Assembly (NCBI GenBank): GCA_973895155.1
Contig: OZ316899.1
Location: forward strand, 12,961,934-13,025,933
Direction of reading: 5' to 3'
DNA length: 64,000 nucleotides
From: Marsupella aquatica
Lineage: Eukaryota > Plantae > Marchantiophyta
Below, piece after piece: positions 13,020 through 23,807 of the stretch (positions are counted from its first letter, which is position 1; each line of letters starts with the position of its first letter). The position numbers and the translations under genes were made by a program. The notes below the pieces were generated by a model that saw only the letters and a list, made by a program, of their open reading frames with translations, had not been told where the DNA came from and did no database searches.

Positions 13020-13285
13020 CTGAGGCATTTTTGAAGAAGGAGGTGAAGGTTCGGAGTTTGACTTCATTGGCCAGGGGGATAACCGGATTGAGGTACTTTT
13101 CGCTTACTCCCTCCACCCAGTTCGCTCCCAATTTGTACTCCCTCCACCCAGTTCGCTCCCAATTTGATGTGCAGTCTGGCGAATGGAGCATTTCGGATTT
13201 GGCCCCCGATCTTACCTATCGCCTCTACAATGACGAAGTTTGTCATTCCACCTTCGGTGAGGGTCCGCCCTGCTTGTAGACCTGC
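13020..13285 (-). pseudogene. Captured polyamine oxidase (FAD amine oxidase) exon fragment
   Basis: GLQAGRTLTEGGMTNFVIVEAIGKIGGQI...LGANWVEGVSEKYLNPVIPLANEVKLRTF resembles the N-terminal FAD-binding region of plant PAO (ELGANWVEGV...NPIW). Preceded by a CAG acceptor. A 31-bp tandem duplication (13105-13166) shifts the frame. Confidence 0.85.
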
Positions 13286-15361
13286 ATTTGAGATTTGAGC
13301 TGCTGTAGGGACGATTGTGGTGCAGGATTTGGTGAAGCCATAGCAGAGTTGGCGAAGGAGGGAGTCATTGGAGGAGGAGTGAAAGCGAGAGCTAAGGGAT
13401 TGAAAGTGAAGGAAGGCGCATCCGAGTTGAAACTGAAGCCCTTCCCTCCCACCATTTTGGTCAGTTTCGGTCAAGATTGTGGGGGCCCAGTTTAAGGATA
13501 CAACATGAATTGAATAGACGGCATGAATTTGTGTTTGGTTCTCATGGAGATTCATCATTGAGCGCAGGGGAGCAGACGTCTAGAATGTGATGGAATCCAT
13601 GTTGCCATTTTTCATGTTGGGGCGAGACTGATGCCAGGAATTTGATGTTGCAAGGTCGAGAAGCACAGCTGGACATCTTCCATTGTCATTGCTGCCTTCA
13701 ATCGCCAGCTTCGGATTGAGGTGAGTGGTCCCATTTTCCAGCAATGTCTGTTGCAGCCTAGACGGCTCATGTAGGGAATCTATTCATCTAAGTTTCGGAG
13801 TTTGGACATGCCTGCCTTCCTTCCTGCCTGCCAGTGCTTGCCTCGGCCCTCAGTTTCGGAGGAGGAGGAGGCGAGGCGGCCGCAAATTGAACATTGTGCT
13901 GAACAACTCAAAACAACACAGCAGCGCAGCGAGAAGGAATCAAGCATTGACCAAATTGGAGCGGGATTTCTGGAAATACAATGACTAAGCCGACACGCAG
14001 CACGACAAGACTACTAGCTCTGCTCTGCTTTTTCCCTTGGAATCGAGACAAAATCCATGCATCCTGGGGCGATTGTCATCCGCTACCATCTTCTTCTTCA
14101 TCGTCAACAACAGTGAGTCCCGACTCCGTCTCCTCCTCCACAGGGGCCGAAACAGTGAGTCCCGACTCCGTCTCCGTTCTATCAAGGGCTGCGAGGTCGC
14201 ACGCACGTCAAGGGGGCGATGTTGATCGTCGATGTACCAATTTTCGGTCATTGAATCACCAAAATTATTGTTTGGTTTGGAATGTGGAATTGCCCACCAA
14301 GTCAGGACGCCCTCCATGACCAGTCGAGGTGGCAGTGTCCCCGAGGTAAGAGAAAAGGAGAGAGGCAAAGATCTGGCACATCTGACAGAGTTTGTACTGA
14401 GTTTCTTTCCATTCCTGCCAACGCAAAAATGTAGAACTTCCTGTGTAATGTACCATAGTTCACCCTCGATGCTTTGAATGACATTTTCATGTAATCTCAG
14501 TTTTCCCCCAGGTGATTGAGACTACAGACCAGGAGTTCTTCGAAAAGATGTCCAATTGATTCAACCTAGAGCTTCCTGTGTAATCAAAGTTCACTCTAGA
14601 GCTTTAGGCCAACAATTCAGGAGCGAGGTGTCTGCTGCTGCATCCTCAATTATGCCATAGCAAGCTCCAACTTTGCTCAACCGTGAAGGTTCTTAAGCTC
14701 TTTTGAATCTGTGCATATCCTACTACTATATCTCATGATCAACTGTCGCCACATTTCATTTGAATGGTGCCTAGGTTGATAGTGTTGGAGCTAATAGGTG
14801 CCATTGTGTTCAGGAGAAAGGAGGTTGGTGCTTGCAGTTCATGGTCCAGAGATAGCATCAATATTTGGTGAACTCTGTGGGAAGCAAGCTGGTACTAGCT
14901 CAATGGATTTTTGGTCGTTGCAGAGACACTGGCATCGGTGGTTGCGGCAACAGTAGAGTAGACAGCGCATTTAGAGGGCAGGCAGAAGAGTAGTCAATCA
15001 CAAGAGAGCGGTGAGCTAAGCAGTTCCGCTCCAGCCTTTCCTTTCATCCCTTTCACCAAGACAAAGTGAGATATCATGGTGAAGTGATCAACATAGCATA
15101 TCAAATTAGTGATAGAGTTTAGATTCCTAAAACTATGGATTTTGGTCCAAGATAGAGGCATCTAAGATAAATGTTGGCCCGAGATAGAGGCATCTGAGAT
15201 AGAAAATAGTTGAGGCATGTAACACAGGGCTTTGTATGTGATGGTGGATCACAATCATTTTATGAATAAATTTGAGCAATCATTTATACTTGATACATTT
15301 TCTTATCCCGAATTTGTTCTCCTCTATTTTGTAGATATAAATGATCTAGATGTGTACAACA

Positions 15362-18300
15362 ATGTCAAACCAAAGGGTTTTGAATGATATTACTAATTTG
15401 TCAACCACGATTGGACAAGTCATTTCTTCTCCAAGGTATTAATATAGATATTACTAATTTCATCACTCTCCTCTTTTCTATTTTATGAGCAAAATGCATG
15501 ATTCAATTTTGTTTGCTATTGAAAAATGGATCATATATATCTAATTTTGACTTTTTATTTTATTTTTAGGCATGTTGATTCTACCCTTATCATAAATGAA
15601 AGGGAAACTATTCGCATCAATGAACCAAGACGAGAAGAATGTCTTTCGATTGCAAGAGTAGACCTCTCATATGAAGTTGAAGAGCCATATGAATTTGAGG
15701 GACCAGCACGAGCGTCATTGAGAGTTGGCGAGACTGTTGACACTGTGAGAAAGGCAAATAAAGCCAAATATATGCGAGAATGGCGTGCACGGCAACGAGC
15801 CAAAAGATTAGATGCACAAGTAGACGGAGAAGTTGTTGAGGTTACCGTGCCAGACAAAGCAGCTAAACGGGCTAGACAACAAAAGGATCGACGCGCAATT
15901 GAAAAAGCAACAAGGAACATTCATGTTGTTGCAGAGGACTCAGAAATGCTTCATATCAGGTATTAATTTTTGTTTTACAAATTTTAATGTGTTTGTATCC
16001 AGGCATCATTTCTATCAAGATTTATTTCAATCTTAATTATATTTTTGATAGGGAACTACCACCTATTGTTGGAGATGCACAATTACCTCCACAACTTTTG
16101 GAATCAAATTTAGCATTGGTGCCCAAGTAAGTTTTACTTTCTAAAAGATCTTGATACTATTTTTTGCAAACAATTCTAAAGAAAGCTTTATATCTAATCT
16201 TCATGCTCAAATACTCAAGTCACTAGGAATACTGTTTTTTTCATGGAAGATTACAACTTATTGTGATATAATTTCATTGAGTTACATGTTTGTTACTACA
16301 CAGGGACCCAATTTTTGTTGACAATGTTCGAGACCCTCCACAGCTTCCTTCTTCAAATCAATGTTTAACACCAGTTGCAAATGATCCATCTCCAACGTAA
16401 GTTTCAAGATATTATCATTTTTTGGAGTTTTTATAATGCAACCATTTTTATAACATGATCGTGAATGATTGATATTATTACAGGTTACCCATGCCTCTCA
16501 TTCGAAGAAGCCTCCGAGATGAACAAATGCTCGCTAGAGCCGAGGGGCAAAGAAACAGACGTGCAAGGATAACTAATGAGCCTGAATTTGGGCCTCTTAT
16601 GACACGACATGGGTCTACCTCTAGGTATGAAGCAAAATTTATTTTCTTTGCATACATCATGAGTAAAATATAATACTTCTTTGAAATGTAAATAATACTT
16701 TATGTTGTTTATTGTTCACCACTAGGGAACCGTCTCACAATGAAGATGATATAGTGCCTCCACAAATTACGATCAACCCACCACGCCGTCGCACAAGTCG
16801 TGTTCCACATCTGCCAACTATGTATGTTGAGAACTCTTGAATTTTATAGTTCAAACTTCTACTTTGTTAAAGTTTATTATTTACAGGATTTGACAGGATT
16901 TTGAGTATTTGAATATTTGAAGGAAAAATGAGATAGTTGGCTTATCCTTGGTTTTGATTGGTTTTTCAGCAACCTAGCACGCCGCCGCATATTTGACGAA
17001 TATCATGTGTTTCACTTGAAACTACGAGGTCAAACAAATCAAGAGAATGGTCACCATTACCTTGGACGCATGAATGTGGTGTGCCCATCATGTAAAGCCT
17101 TGCACTGGACAGCAGAGAAGGTGAGTTCTACAAATTTTAAGGACTCTCCATTTGGCAAGTGTTGTAGTCATGGTAGGGTGGATTTACCACCATTGCGATC
17201 TCTTCCTCCATTATTGGCAACATTGGTCTCAGGTGAGGGACCAACAAGTAAGAAGTTCTTGAGTCATATTCGAGCATATAACTCAGCACTTCAGCTTGCA
17301 TCCACCGGTGCCAACATGTCCGGAGAAGTACATGGTGGCATAACACATCTTCGCATTCAAGGTGGGATCTATCATTCTATTGGCCCTCTTTATCCAGAGG
17401 TAGGACAACCCCCAAAATTTGCTCAACTTTATATTTATGACACTGAGCACGAGATAGAAAATAGAGGCAGGGTAATTACTGATGGTATTGAGATTGAGAC
17501 ATTGAGAGGATTACAAAATCTTATGCGTGAGCATAATGCATATGTGAGATCTTTTCAAGCTATAGCATGTGAAATTGGTAGTCAAAATGTACGCATAGTA
17601 TTGAAAGCTAGCGAGAGAGGTCTTGATGCTAGACGTTATAACTTGCCGATAGCATCAGAGGTCGCAACCATTATTCCTGGAGATGGGAGTGAGGAGGTTG
17701 GTCCACGTGATATCATTGTATATTTGCATGGAGGAGGGGTACGTCGTATATCTGATCTCAATCAGGCATATATTCCTTTGCATTTTGTTCTGCTATTTCC
17801 ATATGGTGAGGCAGGATGGCATATAGGCATTCGAAAACAGAATTCTTCTATATTGCAAGAGACTATTGCTATGGAAAGCGAAGAGGGAGTGGTGGAGAAT
17901 ATTATTCATGAGAGGGCATACGACAATGTCATGGATAATGATGCACATGCAGATATAGGGACAAAGAATGTTACCCCTTTGGAGTTTGCCTCATTTAGGC
18001 TTCATACACGAGAAGATAATCCTATGGAGTGCATGGATGGTAGTAGGTTGACACGTTTTGATAGACTTTATCAGGAGTACATGGTGGATGTGTATGCCAC
18101 TATTGAGAGCCAGAGGTTGACCTATATACGTACCCATCAACCTCAGTTAAGAGCACATCTATATCAGGGAGTTCAAGATGCAGTGACGAGACATGATCAT
18201 GCAGCAGACATTGGAAGACGCATCATATTACCTTCAAGCTTTACAGGAGGTCCACGTCATATGCACCAATTATTTCAGGATGCCATGGCTATTGTTAGGC

Positions 18301-21300
18301 ATTTTGGCAAGCCTGATTATTTCTTGACAATGACATGCAATCCTACATGGAAGGAGATCACGGATGAGCTGGTATGTAGCAACCAAAAAGCAGCTAATCG
18401 TTCTGACTTGATTGCTCGGGTGTTTGAACAAAAGAAGAAGACATTGTTAGATTTGCTAAAAAATCAGAAGATTTTGGGTAATTGTGTGGCAAAGATACAT
18501 ACTATAGAATTTCAAAAAAGAGGTTTGCCACATATTCATCTTTTAATGTGCATGGGTTACGAGGACAAACCACGAAATGCTACCCAGATTGATGATGTTA
18601 TTTCGGCGGAGATACCAGATCCTATTTTGCATCCAAGTCTTTATCAAACTGTGGTTACTTGCATGATGCATGGACCATGTGGTGCCCAAATGAGAAATGC
18701 TCCATGCATGAAAAATGGAGTGTGCTCAAAAGGTTTTCCAAAACCTTTTGCCTCTCACACCACATTAAACGAGGATGGATACCCGACATATCGCAGGTGC
18801 GTTGATTTCAATTACTTATATATCATGCTTTCATGTACTTATATTATATTTATATGTGTATATAATTATATTTACCTATGATTTTTTCTTATTTTAAACA
18901 TTGCAGACGAGATGATGGTCGTATGGTGAAGAAGAAAAATTGTTTCTTGGACAATCGTTGGGTGGTGCCATACAATAAATTACTTTGCACACTTTTTGAT
19001 TGTCACATAAATCTTGAAGATACAAGTGGCATTGCTGCTGTGAAGTATATTTATAAATATATGTATAAGGGATCCGACGCAATTTTGGTCCGATTGTCAC
19101 GAGCTGGTGGCACAATTGAGACGGAGGCACCAGTAGACGAGGTCTCAGAATATCGAGATGCACGGTATTTATTTTATTTTATATTTGTATTCTATTTTTT
19201 CTAATTCATTAATCAATTTCAAGTTTTTCAATAGTGTAAATTGTGTTAGGAGTTTTTGTACAATTGTTATTTGATTCCATTTGAAGATTTCTCAAATCAT
19301 ACTAATATTTTTGTTTGTAGATACATCTCATCTGTTGAAGCATGTTGGCGCATTTTCAAGTTTCGTTTGCATTTAGAAGAGCCGAGTATTGTTCGATTAA
19401 CTGTTCATCTTGAGAATGAGCAAAGTATAGTTTTTGGTGAGAATGCAACAACCGAGGAGATTTTGCAACGGAGGGTGGCAACCACATTGACAGAATGGTT
19501 TGCAACGAATGTTAGTGATCCTGAGGCACGACAATATAAATACCATGAGTTTCCACTTCATTATAGTTGGAACAAGAACAAAAAAAAATGGATCATCCGT
19601 AAGAAAAAGATTAAAGGCTGCGGATATCCTATTGGTCGTTTATATTTGACTCATCCAGGTATTATTTTTATCTTGACTTAATTGCACTCAAATAATTGAA
19701 TTTATTGTTATTATATTCAAAATATTTATTTACATGAATTTTTATTCTGTAGGTGAAGGAGAACGTCATTGGATGCGGTTACTTCTTCATCATATTAAAG
19801 GGGCTATTGGATATGATAGTTTGAAAACAATTGATACCGTAGTCATGCCCACTTTTAAGGAGGCAGCAATTAAGTTGAGACTCTTGGAAGATGATTCAGA
19901 GGTTATTGATTGTTTGAGAGAATGTTCAGAGATTCGAACTGGACGTGCAGTCCGTCAACTTTTTGCCATCATTCTTCTCTACAACACACCTGCACGCCCT
20001 AAAGAGTTATGGGATCAATTTCAAACATCCATGACAGAGGATCTATTGTATTTGAGGCGTCAGGTATTCTTTTCTACACAAATACAATTTTTTACTCATG
20101 AGGCATAACTTATTATGAAATGATTTAATGTGCTACATTCATCTTGCAAACTAACATTTGTCAACCACATTCTATTTGTAGGAATTTGGAATATTTGATC
20201 TTCCTCAACATGCAGTTATCAATAATGCATTGTTGGAAATTGACCGTTATTTACAAGATCACAACAAACGATTGTCTCATTTTTCTGACATGTATCAAGC
20301 AAATTTTATTTGCAATGAAGAGGCTCATTCTCATTTGGAGTTAGAGGAACTCTCATATGATCGTGTTGCACTACGTGCATGTGCATTGGAGGGAGAAGAA
20401 AAACTAAATGATGGACAAAATTTAATTTGGCAACAAGTGAATGATGTTTGTGAGACCATATTGCAAGGTGAATCTCCTCGGGTAAGTATACACATTACAT
20501 TTCATATAGCTTTGCAACATGATTATGAGATGCTTTTTTGACACTATGAATAATTTCCATGTCTAACTCAAGGTTTTTATTTTATCTAGGAGCATCTATT
20601 CTTTATTGATGGACCGGGTGGAACTGGAAAGACATTTTTGTATAATCTTCTACTAGCAAGGGTCAGATGTGAGGGGCACATTGCTCTTGCTGTGGCATCA
20701 TCAGGCATTGCAGCCTTACTATTACAGGGAGGTCGCACGGCACATTCACGATTCAAGATTCCACTCATTGTTCACGAAAGCTCTACTTGCAAGTAAGAAG
20801 TTAAAATTGTGTTGATAGTGAGATTGAGTTCATAAAAAATACTAATTTATGAAATTTTGAGCTATTAGTTTAGAGAGATAGTACAAATGTTATTTTTTCA
20901 TTTAATTTTTTTATGATTGTGTGCAGCATAGTAATGGAGAGTGAAGCAACACGCTTGATCCGATGCGCATTATTGATCATTTGGGATGAAGCACCCATGA
21001 CTCATAGACATGTCTTTGAGGCTGTTAGCCGGACACTTCAAGATATCATGAAGAATACCTTGCCGTTTGGAGGAAAATTGATGGTCTTTGGTGGTGATTT
21101 TTGCCAAGTGCTTCCTGTAGTTCGGCATGGAGATCAAGCGGCCATCATTCGAGCCACCTTCAAAAGATCTTCTATATGGTCAAAGATAAAAGTGATGAGG
21201 CTAAATGAGAACATGAGAGTAAAAACACTAGAAGGTATGTTAGATTATCAAAAATTGTTTGCATATTTTATACTTAGTGTGCTATGATATTTATAGAGTA

Positions 21301-22386
21301 TCATTTTTTACTATTTAGTTTATGAAATGTTAATTTATTTTAGCACTAACTTTTCCATGTTGGAATAAGTAAATATATACTCTTTTAATATTTGCTTCAA
21401 AAATACTAACAACCTTTCTGGATTTTTATATATGTAGGAGAAGAGGCGCTTGAGCAACAAGGCTTTAGCGATTGGTTACTAGCTATTGGAGAGGGAACTT
21501 TGCCAACTGAGTCTGATTTGGGTGATGATGTCATTTGTTTGCCGCATGACCTGATAATGCCAACTGACCAGCTTAGTGACCTAATTGTTGAGATCTATGG
21601 CTCAGATCCAGTGAACTTCAACAATGCTAACTTTTTAAAAGATAGAGCTATTTTGACCACCACAAACAAAGATGTGGATAAGGTTAATGAGGAGGTGATG
21701 CGCGGCTTTCCTGGAGAGGTAAATCCCTTACCACTAGCAACATGAATAACTTTCAATTTTGTCCTTGAAGGAAAATTTTCTCAATGAAAGTTGGTAACTT
21801 TCTAATTTTTATCCATGGAGTTTTGCAGGAACATGAGTTTTTGAGTGCAGATTCAATTCCCAATGAAGCAACTGCCTTCATGTATCCCACAGAATTCCTC
21901 AATACATTGTTGCCTTCCGGTTTACCTCCACATAAGTTGACTTTGAAGATTGGTGCACCCATCATGCTTTTGAGAAACATGAATGGGTCAAGAGGACAAG
22001 CTAATGGCACTCACTTGATAGTTCGTGGTTTTGGGTATCATGTCATAGATGCAGAGATCATCACAGGGAAGAATATTGGAGACCGTGTTTTTATTCCACG
22101 CATTCCTCTCATTGCATCCGACTCAGGGTTACCATTTGATCTTCGTCGATTTCAGTTTCCTATCCGTGCTGCCTTTGGTATGACCATCAATAAGTCTCAA
22201 GGTCAAACCTTGGCAAAGATTGGGATATTTCTACCAAACCCAGTTTTCTCGCATGGTCAATTATATGTGGCATTGTCTAGGGTTGGTGCTCGGACTGGTA
22301 TTCGCATTATGATAGCACGTAATGCATATCCCAATAAGGATGACCTTTACACAAGGAATGTTGTATACCGTGAGATCTTAAGATGA
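15362..22386 (+). CDS. Helitron Rep/helicase (RepHel), 15 coding exons, about 1750 aa
   Basis: Exons 15362-15435, 15570-15959, 16052-16126, 16304-16396, 16484-16624, 16726-16821, 16970-18796, 18907-19164, 19321-19658, 19753-20063, 20182-20481, 20590-20792, 20927-21234, 21438-21718, 21829-22386. All introns are GT-AG and the joined 5253 nt read with no internal stop. Motifs: Zn finger (CPSCKALHW...CC), HUH ([11 protein letters not shown]), Y2 ([10 protein letters not shown]), PIF1 helicase ([36 protein letters not shown]). The N-terminal exons are less certain than the core. Confidence 0.92.
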
Positions 22387-23807
22387 TGGGAGGGTGTGTA
22401 TCCATTGAGCTCTTGGCTACACTAGCATGAGCCCGTGCATTGATAGAACGGCTCCTCTACTTTGAGCTTCAATAATCAATTGTTTCAATTGACAGGTAAA
22501 TATTCCTTCCATATTCATTTTAATTCAATACTGACTTGACCCTCTTTAATTTGATGACATGATTGGAACTTCTTAGCACTTGGAATCTTTTTGAAGATGG
22601 TTATATTGCTTACTTCACTCTCTTGCATATATTCCATCTATTGTAATTGATTTCCTCCTATGACCGTTCTTTTGGCTCCTTTTGGGTGTTTTTGCAGTTG
22701 TAGTTTTGGTTGCTTGGTTGGTTTTACGCTCCAAGCAAATGGTGAACTTCTAGATATTCAAGCAGATGTGTAATCTACAATGGACTATTTCAAAGGTGGC
22801 TGTCATATGACATTATTGTTGTATGTCAAGCCATCTAACATACCTTATGTTAAGATTTCCACCATTTGAATAAAATTTAGGGTTTTCCCCCACTTGAACC
22901 ATTTTACCATCAAGTTTTGACTCTTGATGGAAAAAGTTTTCAAGTGGGGTTTTCCTTTGTCTTTTGATACACTATTCTTATTACTCTCTCAAATCTATTT
23001 TGTCTCAAGCACTTTTTGGTACTCATCCCTATTGACGTTCAAAGAACGGGTAGTCGGAGCTAGTGTGTGAAACTATCTAGGACAGCCCAAGGTAAGGTTG
23101 GCTACTAGTCCCCTCCATGAAATCGCGTACAGAAGGCCAAGTATAGTACATAAGAAGCAAAAGTACAGTACGTGAAGTTTCTGGTAAATGGCGGTGTAGA
23201 ATTCTGTGTGTGAACCTCGTGCGGTCCTTGCAGTGGCATAGATTGTCATTTGGATTTGTAACGCTCGACGTGGAACTGTTGAAGTGGAATTTGGATCAGC
23301 TTTGGTCTTCTACAATGAGAATCGCCGTTTCCGCCCTACTGATTCTCATCGAAAGTTCACACTGTATAATGTTAGCGGTAGGTTTCTAATGGTGCCTATT
23401 TGACTGCTGACGTAAGTGGCACATTTTCGATCTTCGAGCCGGGCCTCGGCCACGTTCGCTCAAGTCCTCAACCCGCCATCCTTCAATTGACTTCACGACG
23501 AATTCTCGCAAATCGTACGCGAAACATATTTTTTCAAGTGCACTAGCCGCGCTTGGGTCACTGTATCCAGTGTGTAACCGGCGGATACACTCGTGCCTCT
23601 CTGGAAATGGAGACATATGACTGAATGGTTTTGTATAATTGCTAAGGTAGTCAATGTTGCGTTAGGTTTCATAAACTCTATATGGTACGTCTTTCATAAG
23701 TTTACAGAAAAGTTTACGAGACTCGTTTTTCAAGAGCGGCGTTTGGAGAAGACACGTCCAGAGGGAGGTCACTGTCTGTAGCAGAAGAGTCTCCGCGAAT
23801 TAGTTCA

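Larger units (their letters stand above)
11516..23063 (+). mobile_element. Autonomous-type Helitron C (11,548 bp) with captured gene fragments
   Basis: 5' A|TCTTACTAATAAAG; 3' hairpin CGTTC-AAA-GAACG (23036-23048) followed 11 nt later by CTAG|T; inserted between A and T with no TSD; contains a complete RepHel gene. Confidence 0.9.
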
